From NCBI GenBank assembly GCA_013265495.1, contig MU058676.1, forward strand, positions 1-53,681: 53,681 bases of DNA, read 5' to 3'. A program made the translations under genes and the position numbers. Positions 23,673 through 35,346 of the stretch are shown in pieces. The stretch is from Vicugna vicugna (lineage: Eukaryota). Each line of letters begins with the position of its first letter. Position 1 is the first letter of the stretch. A model generated the notes under the pieces. That model did not search any database and had not been told where the DNA came from. It saw nothing but the letters and a program-made list of their open reading frames with translations.

Positions 23673-25834
23673 TCTTCAAGTGACACATTTTAAAGGCACC
23701 TCTCTGAACCTAGCTGCATCCTCTGTTTTAAAGAAGTAGCTGACAAGCAAAGCTGTATTTAATTTGGCCCACAAGAGACAAAACAAAATAGGACATTGTA
23801 AGTGTGAGCGAATAAAAAGAAGATCACTGACCATTCTACCTGACAGTGGAAGAGAGTACAAAGATGGATACTGTTAAACATACTGAAAGGTGTGTATTGT
23901 CTATATAAGTGAATTTACCAAGTCTGTCTCAATCTTTCTGGCTCAGAAACTTAATTTAGTTTTCTCATAAAAAAAAATTGGACTCATTTCTTAGGCAAAG
24001 TCTCATATCAGCTGGACTCATAAAACTTATCCATTGAGATATAATGGAAATGTATTCATTTATAATGGGGAAAAAATGATTCACACATTTGGTCGCTGTG
24101 GACACACCTATATGTAAAACACAATTATGACCAGAATGTTTCTTAAAGAGAATCAGAGTAAAAGGATAAATTGTTTAGTATACACTCATCTCACTAAAAA
24201 AGATAGCCTTACTTGTAAACCTTCCTCGTAAGTTTTTATCTTCTCCTGGTGGATTCAGGGTGGAGAGAGAGATCTTTATTTCTCTGTTGCTTCCTTTGAA
24301 GCAAGCTAGCCTCCTCTTCTGACTGACACGTTTGAATTCTATCAGATTATTGAGGAGTGTCTGGCCTCTGAGTCCTTTTGTCTGTTTAAGCTGGTTTTTG
24401 TATATCTTTATTTGTGCTCACTGCTTATTGCTTAGCAAAGTGTAAACTGAGTTTTAAGTCCTTAAGAGGGCATCTCCCTGCACCTTCCAAGTACCACATC
24501 TACAACAGATATCTGTCACAGAGGTGAACAACTCAAACCTATAATTGCAAAGTATTTTTCTTCCAATTACAGCATCTTTGTGTCTGCCGGTAGGGGGGTG
24601 GGGAAATGCATCACTGAAAAGTGTTGTGAAAGATTTGAAATAAATGTCCGTGTTGGTGCTGATGTCAGTGCTGTATTTAGAGATTCTGAATCAATTTTAT
24701 TTTCACTCTAAAATGTGTTAAATGACACCAAAGTTATCTCAAAAGTTAGCTGACTCAAAGTAGACTTCCAAAATTGCATTTTTAAAAATAATAAATGATA
24801 TTTTATTTTTTGCTAGGGCCATTTTTAACTCCATTAGCTTTCACTAACAATCCTATGATCTTGTTTGATTTGTTAGCTGTCTGCTAGCAAGGATTGTATC
24901 TCAGTCAAATCTGTATCTGCAGCACTGAACCCAGAGCCTGCAATGGCATTTTTTTATATAAGTAAATGAAACTGTAACATAGTCATTACATGTTTGAGAT
25001 GTCATCAAGTAAAGGAAACCTCCTACTTTATTTTCTTTGAAGAAATGCTGTTTATCTATTTATAAATCTAGATCTTCATAAAGAAAATCTACTATCCAGT
25101 CTGATATTGGAAAGATAAATTCCTCCATATTTAGGTAAAGAGGAATTAGTATATAATTTACAATAGACTCGCTAATTTTCAAAATAAGAACATTTAACAT
25201 AAAAATATACAAAAATGATTACATTTTGATCTCCGAGAGGACATTTTGTGATTACGCAGTCACTAACACCAGCTCCTATTATGATTATGTTATGGAAACT
25301 GTTATTCAGATAATTCTGAAGAATAGAATTCTGATCAACAGAACATTAAAAGGATAACCAATGAAATAAATGATTCCAAGCTGTAGATTGCATCTAAAGA
25401 AACTTCATCTGTCTAGTCCTTCTGAATCGGAATGTTCAGGATGGAGGGCATATTCACTTTTTTAAATGTTCATCTTGTGCACGTCTGAACATATCAATTA
25501 ACAAATATTGCCAAAAGAGGTAACGTTAGGTCTCTCTTATCCAATGACAAAATGGGGAGTCTTGATATTCATAAGAATACCAAAAACTAGTATGCTCAAT
25601 GGTTCATATAGAATGTTTCAGTAACTGTTGGGAGTGGAAACAGATAAAGAGGAGGTTGGCCTTGTGGGAAAACAGAGTAGGCTGCCATTTCTGCAGAACT
25701 AAAAAGAAACCCAACTAGGGGAAAAGAAAACAACCACACAATAAACATTACTCCGTTCATCTGCCCACTGAGGCCTGAAATTCATTTTCTCGGGAACATT
25801 AAGTTTCATTCCACAATTAGAAAATATCAGTTAA

Positions 25835-26655
25835 CTTCTCTTCCAGCTATGTTAGAGTAAAGAAAACAAATTTACATTTTCCTCTCAGACAATTAGAAAA
25901 CTAGGCAAAATATATGCAATTGTTTTCAGACATTGAGCCACAGGCATTGCGGGAAGCAGATTCTTAGGAGAAGGGACACAGCAAAGGTGAATCCTGTGAT
26001 TTTCCAAAACCTACTGCCTGGAGTTTCCCAAAGCCCAGCACAGGGAGAGAAAAGGTGAACAAACCCAGGTGGTCTGGCTGAGTTAAGACAACAGAATTTG
26101 GAATTTGAGCAGGGCATGGCAGATGGAACTTTAGACAAAATCACCAAAGAAGAATGCTCTGGAGAGCTTCCTGGAGAGAGAAGTAGAGAGTGCTGGTCTG
26201 CAGAGAGATGCCCTTGAGTCTGAGAACCAAGGTGCACATGTAAGTGTCACGACCCCCAGAGCTCACACGGTGCTGGGAAGAGTTCCTAATCTCATCATCC
26301 AAAGTAAAAATATCTCCTGATACATGCAGCTTTAGATGGATTCCTCAGAATAGTGTTGCTTAGCAATGGGCCAAATTCGCCATAGACTAAAATCTGCCCT
26401 GGACCTGTTTTAACAGACCAGAAAAACAACATAATCCTAATGGTTTGAAAAATCCCAGGAAAAAAAAAGGCCAGTAATATTAGAAAACATCCAACACCCT
26501 GTAAACATGTAAAATCCATGATGTGTATATTCAATCAAAATTTACCAATAGAAGCAGAAAATATGATTCATAGCCAGAAAAAAAAGAACAATCAACAGAA
26601 ACACATCCAGAATTGACATAGATGATAGGATTAGAAGACAAGAGCATTAAAAAGC
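25835..26655 (+). mobile_element. Ancient L1M (L1MC/MD-like) 5' region to the ORF1 start
   Basis: AAAACTAGGCAAAATATATGCAATTGTTTTCAGACATTG...CTACTGCCTGGAGTTTCC...CAATCAACAGAAACACATCCAGAATTGACATAGATGATAGGATTAG. Confidence 0.75.
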
Positions 26656-26961
26656 TGCCAGATCAGGCATCTAATTATACTTGGCCTTCGTGAAGAGCGG
26701 AGAGACCAAATCAAAGATGACACCAGATGTAGACAGAGAAGCTGCCAGCATCAGCAGGGCGAGCAGCACCAAGATAGATAAGAGAGATGGTCTCCAGACC
26801 AGAAGACACAAAGGACATCAAACCTCAGGATTCTGACTCCTCTTTGCTGCCAGACATTATTTGAAAAGCCACACCCTTCTTTCCTCTTCCTGCTAAAGGG
26901 GGAGCCAACTGAAAGACTTCTATCCCAGAGACTAAATACTACCTTGAAAGGGCTTACCACA
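26656..26961. mobile_element. Unclassified LTR-like segment (306 bp)
   Basis: TG...CA termini, more GC-rich than its flanks, abruptly terminates the L1M 5' piece; no matching TSD. Confidence 0.4.
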
Positions 26962-26982
26962 ATTTTGGATCTAATGGAGTTA

Positions 26983-27212
26983 TTTTTTGTTTTGTTTCAT
27001 TTTGTTTTTGTAATTAAAGTATCATTGGCATACTGCATTATTTTAGTTTTGAGAGTACAGAATAATGATGCAATATTTATATATATTGTAAAATGATTAC
27101 CACAATAAGTCTAATTAACTTAGTCCCTTAGTCTCTTAGTCCCTTATTCCCTCACCATACTTAGTTACATTTTTTTTCTTGTGAAGAGAACTTTTAGGAT
27201 CTACTCTCTTAG
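26983..27212 (-). mobile_element. L1MA9-like 3' end with TSD
   Basis: T-rich tail, then AAAATGATTACCACAATAAGTCTA...GAGAACTTTTAGGATCTACTCTCTTAG. TSD ATGGAGTT (26974-26981) / ATGGAATT (27213-27220), with a TT/AAAA endonuclease site on the minus strand. Confidence 0.85.
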
Positions 27213-28194
27213 ATGGAATTTTAAATTATATAGGATATTTATTGCATCCCCTTCCCCTGAGCTAATCATTGAATGAGTAGTTGCGAGAACGACCAGCTTA
27301 GTTACAGGAAAAAAGTCAAGGAGCAGTATTTTCTTTGCACATCCCTGCTACACTTGAAAGTCTGGCAGCAAGCAGGGGCCACACCATTTCTCTTCAGTGT
27401 GATCAGTTTCATTCACAATGACTCTTGGCTTTGATATTTTGTTAGTAGATCTCCCTTGAATTTTTTGCCACTCCATCTAAATTATTTATATTCCCCTCTG
27501 ACCTACAGTTGTAAGGTTGAGTATTGCTTTTTGTCCACTTTCCCATAACTTAAGTGCACTATGGACAGTGGTATGGTGAATGGGAAGAAAGAATCAGAGC
27601 TTGATCCTGATGTTTTGTGAAATATCCCACCTTCCTCCCCAGCTGTGGGTTTGTCTTACTCTCTGGAGGCAGGGATACTTGGGTTTGTGATAATTTCCCA
27701 GTTCAAAGCAGTGTCCTGAAAAATAGTGGGCACTTATTTTCATAAAACTAAGAGGATTCTACAGTTGGGACCTATTTCCCTTGAAATCAAGATTCAGTAG
27801 TTGGAATTCTCATGATATTTTGCCGTGGGGTTTATTTTCCTATGTGTCCTTTTTGGCATTAGGATTAAGAAACTTGTCAGAATCTTCTGTTTCTTTCCTT
27901 GACCGCCACTTTTGAGTTTATGGCAGAGACTAAGTTCCCTGTTTCACAGCTCCTAATAAATCATTTTGTTTAGTTTTATAATTGTTTCATCTTATTGTGA
28001 GAAGATTAACTGTCTCTCTTCTGTCTTCATCTAGAATCTTTGTTCTATCTGTAGTTAAACAGAAGGAAACTAAGAGTTCTTCTAGTGTACTTTTTTGTGT
28101 AATCCGAAAATTGTTTCCTCAAAAGCTCTGATAGATGTTCATCCAACATCTGCTTTAGCACATGGAATGCCTACATGCTCTTTGACATATAAAA

Positions 28195-28820
28195 CAGAAC
28201 AGAAAATTCTTTGGCAGTAGTTAAATTTTATGTAAAATTGCCTTGAACACTGAAGCATTGCTCCTGGGTGAAATATAGGGTTAGGTTTCCATGAGCCTCT
28301 GGGAAAATTTTTGTCAATTGGCCAATAGACAACCTTGTTTTATGTATGTTTTTGCTTAAAGGCACCCTATTTAGTATATAGTCTTGATTCATCAACATTG
28401 AACTCATGGTCCAAAGCAGTGTTACCCATGCCTGAACAAAACTCAACTTGTGCATGTATTTTTTCCCAACAGGAACTAAGAAAACAAATCACAGCCTTTT
28501 TATGCTTAGGAAACATTTAAAACAGTGAAATTACCAACTAAAAGAACCAAAAAAAATGAGAAAAAGTTTACATTAAATGGATGGCAAAAAGGATGCTTGT
28601 TTTACAGTGTGAGGGTTGAAACAAGAAGGTGGAGCTTTGCTTTGTTGATGTCAGCTGGGAACCTGCACCTCAGGCCACTTGAATTTTCACCATTCTGTGG
28701 AATGTGCATGTCCAGGAATGGCTGCAAAAAATTGTGAGTATTGATTTTGAAGTTACAGATAAATCTTCCCATGTAGGCCCATCTGCAAATACAGAATCTG
28801 CAAATAATGAAAGTTTGTAG
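28195..28820 (-). mobile_element. MER82 (TcMar-Tigger) DNA transposon, near full length
   Basis: CATTGCTCCTGGG..ATAGGGTTAGGTTTCC..GAGCCTCTGG; TGATTCATCAACATTGAACTCATGG; GAAACAAGAAGG..CAGCTGGGAAC; GCAAATACAGAATCTGCAAATAATGA. These match the recalled MER82 reverse complement with CpG decay. Confidence 0.9.
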
Positions 28821-29248
28821 TATTTATATTTGCAACTAAAAAACACTGAAGGCTAGAATTGTGAAGAGTTTTAGGGGGTTTTTTATATATATTTATGAGT
28901 TGATTAGTTTTTAAAAGTAAACTACAGATTGAACTTTTTAACATAATTTAATATGTTGATATTTATTACTTTGTTTTATAATTGATATATAAAATACATC
29001 TCTAATTATATTTATATTTTGCTTTTGTGATTTTAATACATCAACTACTTAGATAAAATCAATTTTTAGATGTATATGAGAAACAATTTTAATTTTTAAT
29101 CTTTTTAACATTTATTACATTTTAATAACACATTAAATTTTGTACACTTATAATACAATTCCATTTTACTTTTCCATTTCTTATCTAACACTGTGAATAA
29201 GTTAAAATTGTACTTAAAATAAAAACACAAAAAGGGCCTTAGGAAAGA

Positions 29249-29335
29249 TTTTTTGTTTAATGGAGGTCCTGGGGATTGAATCCAGGACCTCTTGCACGCA
29301 TAGCATGCACTCTACCACTGAGTTATAACCCCTCC
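29249..29335 (-). mobile_element. tRNA-Ala-derived SINE (Vic-1-type, camelid)
   Basis: Reverse complement: GGAGGGGTTATAACTCAGTGGTAGAGTGCATGCTATGCGTGCAAGAGGTCCTGGATTCAATCCCCAGGACCTCCATT plus an A-rich tail; A and B boxes present. Confidence 0.9.
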
Positions 29336-29366
29336 TTTTTTTTTTTTAAGGAGGCATCTTCTGATC

Positions 29367-29470
29367 TTTTTTTCTTTTTTTCTTTTTTTTCTAATAGAGG
29401 CACTGGGGATTGAACACAGGACCTTGTGCATGCTAAGCATTTGCTCTACCATTGAACTATATCCACCTCC
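29367..29470 (-). mobile_element. tRNA-Ala-derived SINE (Vic-1-type), second copy
   Basis: Reverse complement: GGAGGTGGATATAGTTCAATGGTAGAGCAAATGCTTAGCATGCACAAGGTCCTGTGTTCAATCCCCAGTGCCTCT plus an A tail; AGC anticodon-loop remnant. Confidence 0.9.
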
Positions 29471-30194
29471 TAGAAAATAATTTATAAAGAACTAAAGATA
29501 GATAAGTTCTTACTGTTATCAATGTAAGCCTATAGGACATATTTTATTTAATAGTTTGTTAGCTTGATTTGTAATTATTAAATAGACATCAGGTAGGAAG
29601 TTTCCATTTGTACTCTTGTTCTGGGCCCACACAAGTCAGTGGTTGACCTGCAGCTGGGAGAGAGGTGATGGCAAGAAGAGTGGCGAATCTCCACCGATGT
29701 GTTTCCTTCTTGTAATTGGGACCTGCATGTGGTACCTGACACTCATGTAGTGGCCCTGGGAGGAGGGAGGAATGCAGATCAGGAAAGGCAACTTCTGTGG
29801 AGGAAAGTCTTAAAGAAAGAGAGGAGATCTGGAAGAAACCGAGGGAAGAGACGTGAGAGACACTCATATAACTATGCAAATGAGTTATACATTTAAATGC
29901 CTCACTACTGGGATCAAAAGGGAAACACCTTCAGAAGTTCTACTCCAACTGCAGGGGCTTGTCGTTTATGATGTGCTGTTTAGATTAGGAGTGCGGTGCC
30001 ACAGGGCTTGCTTCATCAAATGCTAATGAGCAATAACTGCCATCATGAGTAACACTATTCAAAATGACATAGCAGAATACCTCTTTATTACATCTATTTA
30101 TGATATCAGTGGATGGAGTACAACAGGAGACAATTTTATGGCAAGACGAGAACACATAAACCTTTCGAGTGAGCTGTCATTGTAGTGATAGAAA

Positions 30195-30440
30195 TAAAGC
30201 AATGTGAATAATAGTGAAGATTTTGCAGCCAGATATACCTGAAGTCAGCTGATGGGACTGCCATTTCTTGGTAGGGAAATTTGTTCGGCCTTTTGTGAAA
30301 CTCAGTTTCTTCTTCTGTAAAAATGGGGATGGTAAAATCTATTTCGCAGTGTTGCAGGTATTAAATGAAGCAGTGTCCATCAAGAACTTATTACAGTGCC
30401 AAGAACAGAGTACTCAGTACATCGAGTTGATTTTTGTATT
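30195..30440 (+). mobile_element. MIR SINE
   Basis: CTCAGTTTCTTCTTCTGTAAAAATGGGGATGGTAA...ATTAAATGA...ACAGTGCC. Confidence 0.8.
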
Positions 30441-30456
30441 ATTAATCTGTGGAAAT

Positions 30457-31026
30457 GAAAATCAGATCATGTAACTCCTTTTCTCAAAAACGTCTAAGGG
30501 TGATGGTGCCTCATCTCAAGTAGAGGAAAACCCAGAGTCCTGACAGCGCCTCTGAGACCAGTTACAATCTGGCCACCTGCTCCCTGCTCTGCTCCCTTCC
30601 CTCTGAACTCATCCCTCCCAGTCTTCCTTCACCCACTTCTGTGGCCCCACCAGCCTCCTCACTGTCCCTCAACAGGGCGAGGACAGCTGCATTTGCTGAT
30701 TCTCTCTTGGACCACTCTTCCCCTGAACATTCACCAGCCAGGTTCTCTTATCTCCCATGTCCTCTTCTCAGTGAGGCCTTCCAAGACCACTTCTAAGACT
30801 GCAGCCTCCTTCCTGAGAAGTCTCTATCCCTTTGCTCTGCTTTATTTGATTTTTATGCTGTTTATTACACATTTGTAACACATTTCTTATTGCAGCCACT
30901 GTTTGTCTCTCCTCTTGAGAAAGTAAGCTCCACATAGTCAAAGATTTGGGTTTCTTTTTGGTTCTTGTGATCTTCATAGTTCCTAGAACACAGTCTGGCC
31001 CATACTTGGTACTTGTTCATTGGATG
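30457..31026 (+). mobile_element. L2a LINE 3' portion
   Basis: AAATCAGATCATGTAACTCC...TTCTCAGTGAGGCCTTCC..GACCAC...GTAAGCTCCA...CCTAGAACACAGTCTGGCCCATA. Confidence 0.9.
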
Positions 31027-31496
31027 ATGGTGGTGATGATGATAAAGATGAAGACAAATACACAGCCACAGTATTTACCACATTCATAATTGTACTTCTT
31101 ATTTTGGGGGTGAGAGGGAGAAGATAATGTTCCTGAATATTTTGTAAAGGCAAAGTGGCAAGCACAAATAGGCAGGCAGCCTGACCTTTAGCTTCATTCT
31201 TACCATTAGGTAACTATGTGCCATGCACATTCATCACCACTTCTGGATTTTGGGTGTCACAGCAGTGACTAAGATTGGAGACCAGATGCCTTAGAGTCCC
31301 TTCATTCACCAGCATAATGGGAATCATTTGTTTCATTGTCTTGCTTTTTTATTGGCAAAAAAATGGCATATTAGTATTTGAAATTTTTTAAATAACATTT
31401 TTGTATTATCTTGCTTCTTAAACTCCTCACTTCAATCTTTTTTTTTCTTTCACATTCCCATGGGAAATTATTTATTTAAATCCTTAGAATTCAGAT

Positions 31497-31765
31497 GTGT
31501 AGAAGACTGCTGTTTGTCCCCTCAATATTAATTCTTCTTTTTCTTTTTTCTATAGTAATATAACTTTTATCTTGGCATATGGCTGCCTAGGGAAAGACTA
31601 CATTTCCCCCTGTTCTTAGCCATATAGCTATGGCTGTGTAACTAGGTCTAAATTCTAGGGAGGGGAATGTTAATGAAAGTGATTTGTACCACTTCTGGAT
31701 CATGGCCTTAGAAGGGAAGTGCTCACAGTAGTAGAATTATGGGTGTGGTAGCAAGTTGTCTTTGT
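31497..31765 (+). mobile_element. MLT1I/J-like LTR 5' fragment
   Basis: ATGGCTGCCTAGGGAAAGACTACATTTCCC...TGGCTGTGTAACTAGG...AAGTGATTTGTACCACTTCTGG. Confidence 0.75.
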
Positions 31766-31774
31766 GCTCACCAG

Positions 31775-32188
31775 TCTCCTTTGTCACATCCTTGAATAAA
31801 CCGGTAAACATAAGTAAGTGTTCCCCTGAGTTCTGTGAGGTCCTCTAGCAAATTAATCAAACCTGAGGAGAGAATCATGGGAATCTATGATTTGTAGACA
31901 AATCGAACAGCAGTCAGTAACCTGGGGACCTACTCCTTGTGATTGGCATCTGGGGTAGCATGGGGACAGTTTTGTGAGACTAAGCCCTTAACCTGTGATA
32001 TCTGACACTATCTCCAAGTGAACAGTGTTAGATTAAGTTAAATTTTAGAACTCTTAGCTGGTGTCACAGAGAACTGATTAGTGCAGGGAAAGAAAACCCA
32101 CACACATGGTGACCAGAAGTGAAGAGTTTTTTTTTACATGAGTAAGAAGGGACAAACACTACAGGGAAGAATTTGGTTTTTCCTTACA
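31775..32188 (+). mobile_element. MER21-like LTR 3' half
   Basis: AATAAACCGGTAAACATAAGTAAGTGTTCCCCTGAGTTCTGTGAG..CTCTAGCAAATTAATC...GATTGGCATCTG...ACTATCTCCAAGT...GGTTTTTCCTTACA. Confidence 0.9.
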
Positions 32189-32603
32189 TAGGAAGGAAGA
32201 AGATAGCTTTTTCCTTTATAGGTGACATAATGGATTTTAGAGTTAAATAACATGTTAGGAGACATTGAAACAAGATATGATGGTAGCTTGGATCAACATA
32301 TTCACAGTGGATATGTAGAAAAGAGGAGAGAGAAAGGTAACCAGGAAGCAAATCGAGACAATTTGGTGAAAGCCTGGGAGAAACTCCCAAAGTCTCTACA
32401 GCTCTTTGCTTTGGATCATCTTACTACATTATTCACAATGTACATAATAAACTATAATAAACAACTCTGAAGTTAGTGATAAACGGAGCTATGAAAAATG
32501 GAATAGGCACATACACAGCTGCATCATTGACTATTAATGAAGATCAAGAAAAGATCTTAAGCATTATTTGCATTTGAACTAGATTTTGAAGGATGTAGAA
32601 TTT

Positions 32604-32916
32604 TGTTACTGGGCAGGGCAAGCAAGATGCCTACCCACTAACTGCTCCTCTTTGGAAAAGCCATCATGGCCGCCATATTGCTTTCTTCCTTCTTTGCCCA
32701 TAGGTCACCACGCTTAGTAAACTGTAAACTTCCTACCTTCACCAAAACGGACTACACCCAAGAGCCTGGTGCAAAGACTACCGATAAATGGCTTTCCTGT
32801 AGTATCTGGCCAACAGCATATAAATTGGTTGGTACCAATCCCCCCTCCAGTTCTGCATTAAAACTGATGTAACCAATCAGAATAGCTCAGTCAATTAGTC
32901 ACTAGCGACTAGAACA
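32604..32916. mobile_element. Unclassified 313-bp LTR-like insert in L2, with promoter motifs
   Basis: TGTT...AACA termini interrupt an L2 remnant (TTTTGAAGGATGTAGAATTT | TAGAGGTAG); contains YY1-like and CCAAT motifs; no clean TSD. Confidence 0.45.
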
Positions 32917-34229
32917 TAGAGGTAGATTGGAAAATATCCCAGTCATTTTCTCAGTGGATTTTTAGGGTAAGGAGTACTGGATGCCTATCATTAGTGACTG
33001 ACTAGATGTCCCGGATGTGAGAACAAGTCTGGATTCTCCATGATATTTCACTTCTCCATCAGGACTGGCTTTGTAGTGCTTCAGAATGTGTCCCGTTCTT
33101 GCTTGATTTTCTGCTCTAAGCATTTATCGATTCCTTGGAGCAGAGTGACTAATTCAATTCTCAATACCCAGCTTTTCAACCATTTTAATAATATTACCTC
33201 TTTTCCAGAAAGATATTAGAAGCGAGATACTAGAAGCTTTAAAAATTACAAAAATATTAATTTCATGCTTTTTAATAGAGACATTTTTATAATTTAAAAT
33301 TCAAAACTATATAAACAGATTTTAGCATCAGCATTATCGTAAAGTTTCAGAAATGATTTGCACATGTGAAAAAGCTGATATTTGTTTTTTTCCTAAGAAT
33401 CCCTTGGTTACTGAGGTTCAACAGCTTGAATGATGACAGAAGGAATCTGTACCCTTTAATCTGTTTGGTACTTTGATGTTATACATTTCAGTGAGAATAT
33501 CTAGCTTTTCAAGTGTAAATTCAAATATTCTAACTATTTTAAAGAGATCAACATTTTTTAAAAACTAAATCTTTGTTCACATATATGTAGTCTTCTATGA
33601 AGTACAATGTTTTCTTTGAAATTAGGGCTAAATGATTCTAATTTTACCAGAACTTACCATTATATATTTCTAGATAAGGGTACATCTGAAAATTATAGTA
33701 GTAAAATGTTTCTTGTCACTAGTAAAAATTTAAAAATATATATATTTTCTATGTTAGATTTCTTGATTTACCAATAATTTCACTAAGTTATAATGAAATA
33801 ATAATTGATATTCCAGTGGTCTTCTGAGTGCTACAAATTATTGAGGTTTACTGTGAATGAGCCCAAAGACTAAATCTTAGAATCTTACCATGGTCTCTTA
33901 CAGAGTCCACATTAATTCAGGATGTTAAACCTGGGTTTAACAAACTAAATCTTTTATTTGCCAATCAATTTTGTTATTAGTAGGTTATTATTTTGTTTGT
34001 ATTTTATTTACATTTTATTTACATATTTTTCTTCCATTTATAGAAAAACATGTAAAGAATCTCCTTTATTACCAAGTATTGGTTAGGAAATTTTTTGAAA
34101 GTTTCTGATAGATGAGAAGTTGCTTTATACACATTATTTGTATTTCCTTGTAAGTTTTCTTTGAATTTTTTTCCTGTGTTAAATATATCCATAGATGGGC
34201 TTAAAAGTTCAGATATACATTAAAAATTA

Positions 34230-34862
34230 CAGTTTCCTGCTCCACCCCTTCTAAGCCCCATTTCTATTCGTTCCCTAACAGTCACTTTCTTCTTTTAACT
34301 GTTGTTTTGGCTTTTTCTGTCTGTATTTTCCAGACAGTATATTCATATTGTCATTCCTTGGTTGTTTTTCTCAATTACAGGCAGTATCTTTTGCCAGGCT
34401 TCCACAGAAGAAAGAATTCTGCATTCACATACAAACATATCCACTCTTGGCATACAGGCATTTCTGTTCCTCCATTTCCCCAGTATAGTTCTATGCCAGT
34501 TTGTGGCTTAATCAGTAATTCCCCAGGAAGATATTATACACAGTGATGCCACAGATTGTACAAAGATTGTATAGTTCTTCCTGTAAATCTTTTTGTTTTT
34601 CCTGGAGTTAATAATTACTTGTGTTGTTGCTTAGTTTTCTATGGATTAATCAGTAATAATTCTCTTAAATTCTTTAACAAAAATGTAACACTTACCTCAA
34701 CATAATCAGATACATTAGATGTTCTATTACTTTATTTTCCTCTTGGACATAGCACTCCTGGAGTCTTGTACACCTTTGCTCCAAACTGGATAGATTAGTT
34801 TCTGTGCAGCTATAATCAGGGTATCTGCTTCCATGTTCATCATGGGATTGTCCTCACTGCCT
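34230..34862 (-). mobile_element. HAL1 (half-L1) fragment
   Basis: TTTTGTTTTTCCTGGAGTTAATAATTAC..TGCTTAGTTTTCTATG...CTCCTGGAG..TGCTCCAAACTGGA...GCAGCTATAATC..CATCATGGGATT. Confidence 0.75.
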
Positions 34863-34864
34863 TT

Positions 34865-35346
34865 TATGCAAACTATAAACCTTGACCTTACCTCACACCA
34901 TATACAAAAATTAACTTGAAATGGATCATAGACTTTCATATCAGTGTTAAAACTGTAAAGATTCTGGAAGACAACATAAAAAAGTAACAGTGACTTTGGT
35001 TTTGGCAAAGAGTTTCTTATTCATAAACTGTTACAAAGAAAAAAATAGATAAAATTTACCAATTTTTTTTAAATGTTTTTCAAAAGTTACAGTTAAGAAA
35101 ATGAAACAGCAGACCACAGACAGGGGCAAAGTATTTGCAAAATATATATTCAATAAAAGAATACATAAAGAAAGTATAAGGAATTCTTACTACTAAATAA
35201 GAGAACAAATCAATTAAAAATGGAGGGCACAGAAAATTTGAACAGACACTTCACTAAAAAAGATATACAGATGACAAAAGAAAGGTTGTTTGACATCATT
35301 AGTCACTAGAGAAAAGCAAATTAAAACCAAAATAAGATACCATTAC
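34865..35346 (+). mobile_element. L1M ORF2 3' region (degenerate)
   Basis: CCTTACCTCACACCATATACAAAAATTAACTTGAAATGGATCATAGAC...TTGAACAGACACTTCAC..GATATACAGATG...GCAAATTAAAACC. Confidence 0.9.

Larger units (their letters stand above)
28900..29650 (+). mobile_element. hAT-Tip100 (Zaphod/MER115-like) remnant hosting the SINE pair
   Basis: TTTTATTTAATAGTTTGTTAGCTTGATTTG...TCCATTTGTACTCTTGTTCTGGGCCCACACAAG...CCTG matches the recalled terminus. The left boundary is uncertain (AT-rich). Confidence 0.6.

Noticed and set aside
29249..29470. Functional tRNA-Ala genes
   Set aside because: Mismatched stems, mutated A/B boxes and A-rich tails identify these as SINEs.
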